Positions 19,421-28,730 of a stretch of 64,000 bases of DNA are shown piece after piece. The notes under the pieces were generated by a model. The model saw only the letters and a list, made by a program, of their open reading frames with translations, was not told the origin of the DNA and ran no database searches. Source of the stretch: an uncultured Kiloniellales bacterium. GTDB taxonomy: Bacteria; Actinomycetota; Acidimicrobiia; Spongiisociales; UBA5794. The DNA lies in NCBI GenBank assembly GCA_964196275.1, contig CAXMSN010000114.1:2674-66673 (forward strand). The letters are read 5' to 3'. Position 1 is the stretch's first letter, and each line of letters opens with the position of its first letter. The position numbers and the translations under genes were made by a program.

Positions 19421-19487
19421 CAATCGCCCGCCGGCCTAGCGCTTGAACTTCGCAGGGGGCGGAGCTACCGACCACTACGCTTCCGTC

Positions 19488-20690
19488 ATGACCGACGCCT
19501 TCCTCATAGACACTGTTCGCACGCCGATAGGGCGGTTTGGAGGGGCGTTGTCCTCAGTGCGACCAGACGACATGGCATCCCAGGTCATCAGGGACGTCGT
19601 TGAGCGCGTTGGAGTCGATCCGAGCAGATACGACGAAGTGTTCTTCGGCGCTGCGAATCAAGCCGGAGAGGACAACAGGAACGTTGCGCGGATGGCTTCG
19701 CTCCTTGCCGGACTGCCAGTCACCGTTCCAGGTTCCACGATCAATCGCCTGTGTGGATCAGGGATGGAGGCGATAGGCCTCGCTGCACGCACAATCCGCA
19801 CTGGAGAGGCTGACCTCGTGATCGCTGGTGGCGTTGAGTCGATGAGCCGGGCGCCAAAGGTCGTGCCAAAGGCAGGAACCGCGTTCGACAGATCACATGT
19901 GATGTACGACACGACGATCGGATGGCGTTTCACGAACCCCCGTATGCGCGAGCGATTCGGCGTCGATGAGATGCCGGGAACGGCCGAGAATCTGGCAACC
20001 GAGTTCTCCATCGCACGTGAGGACCAGGATGCGTTTGCGTATCGCAGCCAGCAGCGCACAGAAAAGGCGCGGGTAAACGGTGTGCTCGCACAGGAGATCA
20101 CCCCCGTCTCTGTCAAGCAACGCCGGGGCGATCCGATCGTGGTCGATACCGACGAACACCCGCGGCCGGACACGACGCTTGAGAAACTGTCAACCCTTCG
20201 TCCGATCTTTGACAGTGGAACCGTGACCGCCGGAACTGCTTCGGGCATCAACGACGGCGCCGCCGCTGCGATCGTTGCATCGGGAGAACTCGTCAAGGAA
20301 CTCGGGCTTGAACCGATGGCGCGGATCGTCTCGATGGCAACGGCGGGCGTCCCGCCGAGAATCATGGGCATCGGCCCGGTCCCCGCGACCGAAAAGCTGC
20401 TGACCCGCACCGGCATCAGTCTCAGTGAGATATCGAACATCGAACTCAACGAGGCGTTCGCCTCTCAAGCTCTCGCATGCACACGGAAGTTCGGACTTCC
20501 TGACGACGCCGAACATGTGAACCCCAACGGCGGCGCGATCGCCCTCGGCCATCCACTCGGGATGACGGGTGCGCGCCTCGTGGGCGCAGCCACACGCGAA
20601 ATGGAGCGCCGCGACGGTCGTTTCGCATTAGCGACGATGTGCATCGGTGTCGGCCAGGGAATCTCGATGTTGCTGGAGCGAGTCTCCTAG
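19488..20690 (+). CDS. acetyl-CoA C-acyltransferase / 3-oxoadipyl-CoA thiolase (PaaJ/PcaF-like)
   Basis: Thiolase motifs: NRLCGSGMEAI (active-site Cys), NPNGGAIALGHPLGMTGAR, and CIGVGQGI near the C-terminus. Confidence 0.9.
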   Translation: MTDAFLIDTVRTPIGRFGGALSSVRPDDMASQVIRDVVERVGVDPSRYDEVFFGAANQAGEDNRNVARMASLLAGLPVTVPGSTINRLCGSGMEAIGLAARTIRTGEADLVIAGGVESMSRAPKVVPKAGTAFDRSHVMYDTTIGWRFTNPRMRERFGVDEMPGTAENLATEFSIAREDQDAFAYRSQQRTEKARVNGVLAQEITPVSVKQRRGDPIVVDTDEHPRPDTTLEKLSTLRPIFDSGTVTAGTASGINDGAAAAIVASGELVKELGLEPMARIVSMATAGVPPRIMGIGPVPATEKLLTRTGISLSEISNIELNEAFASQALACTRKFGLPDDAEHVNPNGGAIALGHPLGMTGARLVGAATREMERRDGRFALATMCIGVGQGISMLLERVS

Positions 20691-20711
20691 CACCGCGGCG
20701 CTCGTCAGGAC

Positions 20712-21083
20712 TCACTCGTTCGAAAGCAGCCACTTGATCCTGTCGATCGACAGCGCGTAGTGAACGACGACCCCTGCAAGAAGCGCCACCGCATATGCCT
20801 GGTTGGCGAACGACACCACGACGATGGCAACGCCGAACACTGCAGCCTCCACAAGAAGGCGGATCGCACCAGGCACAGGAATAGGGGCCTCGCCGCTTCT
20901 GCTTCGGTCTCCAGGCACGTTGAACGTTCCCCACGCCGCCATGCCAGCTATCGGCAGTCCCACGGCCAACACCCAACTCAGTGCTCCGGACCCGATCGCG
21001 TATCCACCGATGGCGAGCGCAGCGAACGCTGCGAGTTCCAGAACGAGCCGGAACGCGAGGTTTGCGGGATGGAATCCGAACAT
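20712..21083 (-). CDS. DUF2568/YrdB-like small membrane protein
   Basis: 123 aa with 4 hydrophobic helices. Pattern NLAFRLVLELAAFAAL...GAIRLLVEAAVFG is typical of the family. Confidence 0.6.
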   Translation of the reverse strand: MFGFHPANLAFRLVLELAAFAALAIGGYAIGSGALSWVLAVGLPIAGMAAWGTFNVPGDRSRSGEAPIPVPGAIRLLVEAAVFGVAIVVVSFANQAYAVALLAGVVVHYALSIDRIKWLLSNE

Positions 21084-21095
21084 CGGGTCAACCTA

Positions 21096-21710
21096 ATGGC
21101 TGCGAGGTACGCTTGTCGCATGAACCCAACTCGAGATGAATTGGTCGCGCTCTCGCTGGATCCGCGAGCGTTCCTTGACAGCGAGGATGCAGCACTGCGC
21201 AGGATCGCCGTGACCTCCGCCAACGTGACGACGATGGATGGCCTGTGCAAGGCACTCACACAGATGATCTCGGATCCGTCAACTCCCGTCAGAGCCGCCG
21301 TCGCAGAGAAACTGGGTGCATGCGGTGAGGATGCCGTGGACGGTCTACAGCAACTTCGTACGGACGAGAACCCGACCGTACGAGAAGCGGTAGCCACCTC
21401 CTACGGCGAGATCGGAGAGGCCTCGCAACTGGGGTGGCTCGTCGAGTGCGTTCGGTCTGACGAAGACCGACAGGTCAAGGAGGCTGCCGTTGCGTCCCTC
21501 GGTGCGATCGGCGACCCACGTGCGATCGACCCACTCCTCGAGTTCGTCAGATCGGGGCCGCCACAGGTCAGGCGCAGGGCGATTGCAGCCATCACGGTGT
21601 TCGACGACGACAGGATCGAACCAGCGCTCGTCCGAGCGGCGATGGATCGGAATCCGGGAGTGCGCGAAGCCGCCGAGATGGTGGTCGGCCGCCAGATCAC
21701 AGAGGCCTAG
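21096..21710 (+). CDS. HEAT-repeat (PBS-lyase-like) protein
   Basis: Repeated units of the form D.NP.VR.AVA.SLG.IGD. The start (21096 or 21120) was chosen to avoid overlapping the opposite-strand gene. Confidence 0.65.
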   Translation: MAARYACRMNPTRDELVALSLDPRAFLDSEDAALRRIAVTSANVTTMDGLCKALTQMISDPSTPVRAAVAEKLGACGEDAVDGLQQLRTDENPTVREAVATSYGEIGEASQLGWLVECVRSDEDRQVKEAAVASLGAIGDPRAIDPLLEFVRSGPPQVRRRAIAAITVFDDDRIEPALVRAAMDRNPGVREAAEMVVGRQITEA

Positions 21711-22186
21711 TGCTCGGGTGAGGGCTCGCCGGAATGGTGTAGATCCTCACGCACCCACTCCGAACCACCTTCCCAATGCTCTTTCTTCCAGATCGGTACA
21801 CGGTGCTTGAGTTCGTCGATGATGTAGCGGCATGCAGGGAACCCGTCGGCGCGATGCGCCGTGGAGACAGCCACGACCACAGCTGATTCCCTGAGTCCGA
21901 GAACACCAGTGCGATGCACCGCAGCGACTTTCACGATCGGCCACCGGCCCAACGCCTCGTCCACGACTTCTCGGATCTTGGTCGTGACGACACCCTCGTA
22001 CGCCTCGTACTCCAGACGAGTGACGCCCTGGCGTCCGATCGAGTGGTCACGAACCGTGCCAGAGAAGAGCACAGTGCTGCCCGCAGCGTCATCGGCGACG
22101 AACTCCATGATGCCAATCGCGTCCAATGGCTCGTCCGTAACGGAGACCATGACAGATTCCTGCGTACCTATGTCAGTCTTTTTCAT
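21707..22186 (-). CDS. moaE: molybdopterin synthase catalytic subunit MoaE
   Basis: GTVRDHS..GR.V..LEYEAYEGV...VAAVHRTG.L..RESAVVVAVSTAHR...PIWKKE pattern. Internal Met start at 22186. Confidence 0.85.
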   Translation of the reverse strand: MKKTDIGTQESVMVSVTDEPLDAIGIMEFVADDAAGSTVLFSGTVRDHSIGRQGVTRLEYEAYEGVVTTKIREVVDEALGRWPIVKVAAVHRTGVLGLRESAVVVAVSTAHRADGFPACRYIIDELKHRVPIWKKEHWEGGSEWVREDLHHSGEPSPEH

Positions 22187-22197
22187 ACACTCATCCC

Positions 22198-23664
22198 ATG
22201 CACAACGATACCCCCGGTGAGACACCCGACGAATCTCACGCTCCTCTCATGTCTGAGCGGAACGACAATGACGATGTCGGCGTTGAAGCAAGCATGGACA
22301 ACATCACACCACCGTCAGAATTCGACGCCGAGACCCCAGCACCGATCGTGCCCGAGCCGAACGATCCGATGGAGCCGATCATGCCCATCGACGCGGTCGA
22401 TCTTGAACCTGGTATCCAGACTGCCGAGTTCACCTACGATGAGATGCTCCCACCGCCACCGCCACCGCCACCGCCACCATCTGTCTTCTCCGGCTATGAA
22501 CCGCAAACGGTGACGGAGCCGGACACCGCGCCCGAACCGCCGAAACGATCGATCGGGCTGCTTCTTCTCGGCGTCGTCGGTGCGGCCGCTTTGGGTGCTG
22601 CCCTCACGATCGGTGTACTCGCGGTAACAGGCACCTTCGACGATGAGACGGCGGTCGTGCCCACAACGGTCGCGATCGCGGCTCCTGCGGAGCCAACGAG
22701 CACCGAACCGACGACTCCGATCGCCAGCACCGGCGTAGGCGTTGATCCGGCCGCGATTGCCGCCAAGGTGCTGCCCAGCATTGTCACAGTCGTTGTGTTC
22801 GAAGACGACGAAGCCGCAAACCCCTCCGGGTCCGGTTCGGGAGTTGTCATGTCCGACGATGGCTACATCATCACGAACCACCACGTCATCGAAGGCGCCA
22901 TGTCTTACGAAGTGACCTTCGAGGACGGCAGGGTCTACACGGCCGAGCTCGTGGGTAGCGACGATCTCACTGACATCGCCGTGCTCAGGATCTCGTCAGA
23001 CGACCTCACACCGGTTGCGTTCGGTTCGTCCGAGGTCCTCGATCTCGGCGATCCTTCGGTCGCGATCGGCAATCCTCTCGGTCAAGATGGCGGCGCGTCC
23101 ATCACCGCTGGCATCATCTCAGCGTTCAACAGAAGGGTCGACTTCGCCGATGAAACATCACTCTTCGGAATGATCCAGACGGACGCAGCCATCAACAGTG
23201 GATCCTCTGGCGGCGCACTTGTGAACGCAAACGGAGAACTGATCGGGATCACCTCGGCAATTGGCGTGTCGACTGCTGGACCAGAGGGCATCGGCTATGC
23301 GATACCCATCGAGGTCGTTGAACGCATCACCGCTGAGATCATCGAGACGGGGGACGTCGAGCATCCGTTCATCGGCGTGAGGATGCAGTCGTACTTCGAA
23401 ACGGCTGATGACGGAGCGGTCATCCCCGGAGGTGCGGTGATCGTGCTGATCGAGGAAGAGTCAGCGGCAGGAGACGCAGGCATGTTGCAGGACGACATTG
23501 TCATCGCCATCGACGGCAAGAAGGTCACAGGCCAATCCGATCTCGCCCTCGCCGTACGGCTCTACCGGGTCGGCGACGTCGTGACCTTCACCGTCTTGCG
23601 AGACGGGGAGACGTTCACGTTCGATGTGCTCATGGGCCAGCGCCCGGTCGAACTCCAGGGCTGA
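22198..23664 (+). CDS. htrA: HtrA/DegP-family trypsin-like serine protease with TM anchor, poly-Pro tract and C-terminal PDZ
   Basis: Catalytic triad context: ITNHHVIEG, DIAVLRI, NSGSSGGALVN. A PDZ-like C-terminus follows. Confidence 0.85.
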   Translation: MHNDTPGETPDESHAPLMSERNDNDDVGVEASMDNITPPSEFDAETPAPIVPEPNDPMEPIMPIDAVDLEPGIQTAEFTYDEMLPPPPPPPPPPSVFSGYEPQTVTEPDTAPEPPKRSIGLLLLGVVGAAALGAALTIGVLAVTGTFDDETAVVPTTVAIAAPAEPTSTEPTTPIASTGVGVDPAAIAAKVLPSIVTVVVFEDDEAANPSGSGSGVVMSDDGYIITNHHVIEGAMSYEVTFEDGRVYTAELVGSDDLTDIAVLRISSDDLTPVAFGSSEVLDLGDPSVAIGNPLGQDGGASITAGIISAFNRRVDFADETSLFGMIQTDAAINSGSSGGALVNANGELIGITSAIGVSTAGPEGIGYAIPIEVVERITAEIIETGDVEHPFIGVRMQSYFETADDGAVIPGGAVIVLIEEESAAGDAGMLQDDIVIAIDGKKVTGQSDLALAVRLYRVGDVVTFTVLRDGETFTFDVLMGQRPVELQG

Positions 23665-23666
23665 CG

Positions 23667-24815
23667 ATGTACGGGATGGACGACGAAGGCATCTTCGAGC
23701 AGTTGTTCAAGCTTCTACAGACTTCAGGCCCCGTCAATTGGAAGCTCGCACGTGAAGTGACCAAGAGCCTTGCCGGGCCACCGGAGATCATCGAACCGGC
23801 CGTCGCCGAGGAGTATCGCGAGCTCGCCCACGTGGCGGAGGTCCGAATCTCTTCTGTGACCGATCTTCCTTCACCGGCGACCGGCGAGCTGAACCCAACG
23901 GATCGTGCGACCTGGGCGGCAGAGAACCAGCAGTCGTTCCGTGTCCTCATCGAGCCCCTGAGCGAGAAACTCACTGGACTCACCGACACGGGCCAGATAC
24001 CCGGAATGCCAGACCTCGGCGGCTCAATGGGAGCGATGCTCGCTCCGCTCGGACCGGCCCTCCTCGGCGTCCAGGCTGGCACGATGGTCGGGTTCATGGC
24101 CCACAGAGCTCTTGGCCAATTCGATACCGGCATCCCAGCGATGGACCACGATCGACCCTACGTCATCGTTCCCAATCTGGACGACTTCGCCATCGATCAC
24201 GGTATCGACCACAGACAGGTCCGCCTGTGGGGCGCCCTCCATGAGGTGGCATTTCACCGCATCATGGCCGTCGAATGGATCCGTGGTAGCTTCATCTCAC
24301 TCGTCGAGACCTACTACGACTCCGTCGAGCTCGACATGTCGGATCTCATGGGCAAGCTTTCGGCGATGAACGATCCCGAAGAGATCCAACGGATGTTCGG
24401 AGCGGAGTCGGAAGATCCAACAGCGCTGATGAGGGCGAACTCAGACCCGGAGAAACTTGCACGCATACAGGCGTTCACGGCATTCATCGAAGGCTACGCG
24501 GATCACATCGTCCGACTCGCAGGAAGAGAGCTCCTGCCTGGGATCGAGCGAATCGAAGATGCATACCGAGTGCGCCGCACCGAACCCGACAAGGCAGAGC
24601 AGTTCCTCCAGCAGTTCGCCGGGCTTGAGCTCCAGCGTTGGCGCTCGGCCGACGGGGCAGCATTCTGCACCGAGGTCACCGACCGATGGGGCGCAGAGGC
24701 GCTTGCGAAGGTGTGGGATGACCCCGAGAACATGCCAACTCTCGACGAACTGACCGATCCGATCGGATGGAACGCCAGGGTGCTCCTGAGCGAGACGCTT
24801 CTCGAAGGCGACTAG
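23667..24815 (+). CDS. DUF2342 zinc-dependent metalloprotease-like protein (F420-biosynthesis-associated family)
   Basis: Family-typical N-terminus (FEQLFKLLQTSGPVNWKLAREV) and a HEVAFH (HExxH-like) motif. Confidence 0.7.
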   Translation: MYGMDDEGIFEQLFKLLQTSGPVNWKLAREVTKSLAGPPEIIEPAVAEEYRELAHVAEVRISSVTDLPSPATGELNPTDRATWAAENQQSFRVLIEPLSEKLTGLTDTGQIPGMPDLGGSMGAMLAPLGPALLGVQAGTMVGFMAHRALGQFDTGIPAMDHDRPYVIVPNLDDFAIDHGIDHRQVRLWGALHEVAFHRIMAVEWIRGSFISLVETYYDSVELDMSDLMGKLSAMNDPEEIQRMFGAESEDPTALMRANSDPEKLARIQAFTAFIEGYADHIVRLAGRELLPGIERIEDAYRVRRTEPDKAEQFLQQFAGLELQRWRSADGAAFCTEVTDRWGAEALAKVWDDPENMPTLDELTDPIGWNARVLLSETLLEGD

Positions 24816-24861
24816 CTACCCTCTCGGGATTCCGCCATTGTGCCCACGAGAGGATTCCCAG

Positions 24862-25332
24862 ATGACCATCGCGATCGGGCAGGATGCGCCTCCGTTCGAA
24901 CTCTTCGATCAGGATCGCAATGCCGTCAGCCTCGAAACCCTCCGAGGCAGCAACTCGCTGATCGTGTTCATCCCATTCCCCTTCACCGGGCGCTGTGAAG
25001 GCGAGTTGTGCGCGATCCGGGACCGGTACAGCGAACTCGAGAGCGTTGCAGCCAACGTCGTGGCGATTACCTGCGACACCCTTCCGGCCAACAAGGCGTG
25101 GTCAGACGCAAACAGCTTTGCGTTCCCCGTTCTCAGCGACTTCTGGCCACACGGTGACGTTTCGCGGTCCTACGGTGTCTTCAACGAGGCCTTCGGATGC
25201 GCTGACCGCGTTACGTTCGTACTCAATGCCGACGCTGTCGTCACCGACGTCGTGGCCAGCGAAGGCCTTGGCTTCTCGCGAGAATTCGACAGCTACGCCA
25301 CCGCCCTCAGGGCGCTCTCAGCTCAGGCCTAG
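24862..25332 (+). CDS. peroxiredoxin (AhpE/Bcp-like thiol peroxidase)
   Basis: GQDAPPFEL...LIVFIPFPFTGRCEGELC motif, with the peroxidatic Cys in a PxxTxxC context. Confidence 0.8.
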   Translation: MTIAIGQDAPPFELFDQDRNAVSLETLRGSNSLIVFIPFPFTGRCEGELCAIRDRYSELESVAANVVAITCDTLPANKAWSDANSFAFPVLSDFWPHGDVSRSYGVFNEAFGCADRVTFVLNADAVVTDVVASEGLGFSREFDSYATALRALSAQA

Positions 25333-25440
25333 ACAAACGCTCTCAGCCGCCTCCACAGCAGCGGTCCGGAGATTCTCCGGGGCTGAGCGCAGCTATCCTC
25401 GCCGTGCAACTCATCAGCCCCTGATGGACACACCGACGTC

Positions 25441-26625
25441 ATGACAGACGCCTCGACAGCCCAAGATGAACCCCTCGAGCCAAACGCGAACGAGTCCCCT
25501 CTCGTAGCGGCACATGGCCCGCGGATGCCTCGATGGTTCCGAACACTGCTTGTTGTTGGCCTTTTGTATCTCTTCCTTGTGGGGGTCAAACTCCTCGAGT
25601 CTGGGGTCAAAGGACTGGGAAGCGACACCGCTGGTGGACTCTTCGATGGGATCACCAATCCCCTTGCCGCGTTGTTCGTCGGAGTCCTTGCAACCGTCCT
25701 CGTTCAGTCATCATCCGTAACGACATCGACGATCGTTGGACTTGTCGCCGCCGGCCTGATTCCGCTCGAAACCGCTGTGCCGATGATCATGGGAGCCAAC
25801 ATCGGCACCACCGTCACGAACACCATCGTGGCGCTCGCCCACGCGCGACACACCGACGAATTCCGTAGGGCCTTCAGCGCCGCGACCATGCACGACTTCT
25901 TCAACCTCATCGCGGTCGCGATCCTGTTACCGCTCGAGGTCGCGACGGGATTCCTTCAAAGCGCTGCGGCATGGATGGCAACGCTGCTTCCAGGGGGATC
26001 AGATGCGACGTTCGACTCACCCATCAAGGGCGCCGTGAACTGGGGAGCGTCACATTTCAAGACCGCTATTGAAGCGTTCATCTCGAACGAGACCACCGTC
26101 GGAGTCGCCATGATCATCACCGGCATCGTGATCATCTTCATCACCCTCGCCTACATCACCAAGAACATGAAGGTCCTGATAGCAGCGCGTATCGAACGAT
26201 CGGTGAACGCGTCCCTCGCAAGATCTGGTCTCGTGGGAATGGCCGTGGGACTCATCGTCACGATCGGCGTTCAGTCATCGAGCATCACAACATCGATCCT
26301 CGTACCGCTTGTGGGATCTGGTCTCCTGGTCGTACGGAATGCCTTCCCGATAACGCTCGGTGCGAACGTCGGCACCACCGTGACCGCTCTGATCGCGGCT
26401 CTTGCAACGGGGTCGACAGACGCCATGACGATCGCTCTCGTGCACCTTCTGTTCAACGTTGCCGGCATTCTCCTGATCTACCCGTTCCCCAAGACGAGGT
26501 ACATACCCGTGATGCTTGCCGAGAAACTCTCGGATATCGCCACCACAAGGAAGTGGGTCGCCGTCGTTTGGACGCTGACAATCTTCATCGCCATACCCAT
26601 CGCGGGTATCTTCATACTGAGCTAG
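25441..26625 (+). CDS. Na/Pi cotransporter family protein
   Basis: Polytopic. Duplicated QSSS.TTS...GANIGTT motifs (QSSSVTTSTIVGL / GANIGTTVT, then QSSSITTSILVPL / GANVGTTVT). Confidence 0.8.
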   Translation: MTDASTAQDEPLEPNANESPLVAAHGPRMPRWFRTLLVVGLLYLFLVGVKLLESGVKGLGSDTAGGLFDGITNPLAALFVGVLATVLVQSSSVTTSTIVGLVAAGLIPLETAVPMIMGANIGTTVTNTIVALAHARHTDEFRRAFSAATMHDFFNLIAVAILLPLEVATGFLQSAAAWMATLLPGGSDATFDSPIKGAVNWGASHFKTAIEAFISNETTVGVAMIITGIVIIFITLAYITKNMKVLIAARIERSVNASLARSGLVGMAVGLIVTIGVQSSSITTSILVPLVGSGLLVVRNAFPITLGANVGTTVTALIAALATGSTDAMTIALVHLLFNVAGILLIYPFPKTRYIPVMLAEKLSDIATTRKWVAVVWTLTIFIAIPIAGIFILS

Positions 26626-26633
26626 GAGCAGAG

Positions 26634-27299
26634 ATGGTTCTCGAATTCTTCAGAGGCAACACACAGTCAGGACTCGATGAGGTCCAACAGACGCTCGTCC
26701 AGATGCTCCAGCAAGGCCACGAGGTCTTCACAACGTCGACCGATGCGCTCTTCGGCGGCGGCAAGTCGGAGGAGACCAAGCAAGAGGTGAAGTCCACCGA
26801 CAAGGTCATCAACGAAGCACAGCAGTCGGTGCGCAGGCAGTTGATGGTGTCAGCAGCGATCAACAACGCTGACCTCCCCTTGGTCATCCAGTACGCATCG
26901 ATTGTCAAGGACGCTGAGCGCGTCGGGGACTACGCAAAGAACATCTACGACCTCGTCAAGTACGGGGCTGACTTTGACGCCGCACCCGACAGATACCACC
27001 TGCTTCGCTATCGAGACGCCGTAGGCCAGCTCATACTCGACGCTGCAAGCGTGTTCGAAGCAAAGGATGCCGAACGTGCACAGCGTCTCATCGGGAAGGC
27101 AGACGCGTTCCTCGAAGAGTACGACGCACAGGTGAAGGCGGCATACCAGTCCCAGGGTCTCGCATCCGATGCCGTCGCCCGCGCCCTCTACTTCCGATTC
27201 CTGAAACGCACCACGGCCCACGTCATGAACGTGCTCACCGCACTGGTCCAACCCCTCGACCGCCTCGACTACTACGACGAAGCCAAAGAAGACCGCTAA
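26634..27299 (+). CDS. PhoU-domain phosphate-transport regulator-like protein
   Basis: Follows the Na/Pi transporter by 8 nt. Helical protein with D.ER.GDYAKNI-type motifs. Start set at the internal Met. Confidence 0.65.
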   Translation: MVLEFFRGNTQSGLDEVQQTLVQMLQQGHEVFTTSTDALFGGGKSEETKQEVKSTDKVINEAQQSVRRQLMVSAAINNADLPLVIQYASIVKDAERVGDYAKNIYDLVKYGADFDAAPDRYHLLRYRDAVGQLILDAASVFEAKDAERAQRLIGKADAFLEEYDAQVKAAYQSQGLASDAVARALYFRFLKRTTAHVMNVLTALVQPLDRLDYYDEAKEDR

Positions 27300-27336
27300 C
27301 TGTCGTGAGCGCTCCCTGCGGCAGCTCACGAACGAG

Positions 27337-27391
27337 GTAGTACGTAGTACGTAATACGCACGCGTGGTCTGAGGTCTGAGGTCTAGGTCTA
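27337..27391. repeat. two adjacent heptamer tandem arrays: GTAGTAC x3 (27337-27357) and GGTCTGA x3.7 (27366-27391)
   Basis: gtagtacgtagtacgtaatac ... ggtctgaggtctgaggtctaggtcta, between the phoU-like stop and the acyl-CoA dehydrogenase start. Confidence 0.85.
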
Positions 27392-27402
27392 TCCTCCGCT
27401 AC

Positions 27403-28605
27403 ATGGATTTCTCACACTCCCCTCGATCGCTTGACTACCAGACGCGGCTCGATGCCTTCATGGATGAGCATGTGTATCCCGCTGAGGAAGGCATTGCCGC
27501 ACGGAGACAGTGGGGGGACGTACCCACCGAGGCGCCGCCAGAGATGGCGGCGCTCAAAGTCGAGGCTCGCTCCCGGGGTCTCTGGAATCTGTTTCTTCCC
27601 GACGAGGAGTATGGGGCAGGGTTGTCGAACGTTGAGTACGCACCGCTTGCTGAAATCATGGGTCGTGCAATCGAACTTGCCCCGGAGGCAACGAACTGCG
27701 CCGCACCCGACACCGGAAACATGGAAGTCCTGCACATGTTCGGCACCGACGAGCAGAAACAGCGCTGGCTGGTTCCGCTCCTCGAAGGGGAGATCCGTTC
27801 GAACTTCGGCATGACCGAACCAGGAGTTGCTTCCTCCGATCCAAGGAATCTCGAGTGCACGATCACTCCTGACGGCGACGACTACGTCGTGAACGGAACG
27901 AAGTGGTTCTCCTCAGGAGCAATGTCGCAAGACTCGAAGATCGCGATCGTCATGGGCATCACGGACAAGGACGCCCCTCCGAAGCAGCGGTACTCCATGA
28001 TCCTGGTGCCGATGGACGCCGATGGTGTCACGATCGTGCGAGACCTCAACGTCTACGGCTACCGGCACCGGGGCGGTCACCCCGAAGTCGTCTACGACAA
28101 CGTGCGCGTGCCGTCGGCGAACATGATCTCGGGGCCAGGACAGGGATACATGATCGCCCAGGCGAGATTGGGGCCCGGAAGGATCCATCACTGCATGCGT
28201 GCGATCGGGCAGGCCGAGCGCGCTCTGGCGCTCATGATCGATCGTGCGAAGTCACGAGAGGCATTCGGCAAGCGGGTCGCCGATCAGGGCATCGTCCAGG
28301 ATTGGATCGCAGAGTCACGTCTCCGTATCGACCAAGCCCGGCTCCTCGTGCTGCGGGCTGCGTGGCTGATCGACACGGAGGGAAACCGCGCCGCTCGGCA
28401 CCACGTATCTGCGATCAAGGTCGTCGCACCGAACACGGCCCTGTGGGTCATAGACAAGGCGGTTCAAGCGCACGGCGGCATGGGCGTCACCGATGACACT
28501 CCCCTCGCATCGATGTGGGCGAACATGAGAACGCTCCGAATCGCGGACGGCCCAGACGAGGTTCACAAGATGGTCGTCGCCCGCCACGAAATCGGTCGCG
28601 ACTGA
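27403..28605 (+). CDS. acyl-CoA dehydrogenase
   Basis: 400 aa. FGMTEPGVASSD motif, and a C-terminal QAHGGMGV...RIADGPDEVH pattern. Confidence 0.9.
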   Translation: MDFSHSPRSLDYQTRLDAFMDEHVYPAEEGIAARRQWGDVPTEAPPEMAALKVEARSRGLWNLFLPDEEYGAGLSNVEYAPLAEIMGRAIELAPEATNCAAPDTGNMEVLHMFGTDEQKQRWLVPLLEGEIRSNFGMTEPGVASSDPRNLECTITPDGDDYVVNGTKWFSSGAMSQDSKIAIVMGITDKDAPPKQRYSMILVPMDADGVTIVRDLNVYGYRHRGGHPEVVYDNVRVPSANMISGPGQGYMIAQARLGPGRIHHCMRAIGQAERALALMIDRAKSREAFGKRVADQGIVQDWIAESRLRIDQARLLVLRAAWLIDTEGNRAARHHVSAIKVVAPNTALWVIDKAVQAHGGMGVTDDTPLASMWANMRTLRIADGPDEVHKMVVARHEIGRD

Positions 28606-28687
28606 GTCAGAAGTCAGCGAGTGCGAGTCCGGTCTGATAGCGAGCGCAGCGAGTCGTGCCTGACTTCTGTCATCTGTCATCTGTCAG
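28606..28687. repeat. heptamer arrays GTCAGAA x2 (28606-28619) and CTGTCAT x3 (28667-28687) with REP-arm fragment AGCGAGCGCAGCGAG between them
   Basis: gtcagaagtcagcg ... cctgacttctgtcatctgtcatctgtcag. cagaagtcag and ctgacttctg form an inverted repeat. Confidence 0.8.
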
Positions 28688-28730
28688 CGAGCGCCAGCGA
28701 GCGGGTCTGGAGCGAGGCGGAGCCGAGCGA

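Noticed and set aside
25339-25390. Compound hairpin after the peroxiredoxin gene as a terminator
   Set aside because: The outer stem (GCTCTCAGCC/GGCTGAGCGC) has one mismatch and the inner stem is 6 bp. There is no U-tract and it lies only ~50 nt before the next gene start. This is too weak to call as a terminator without data.
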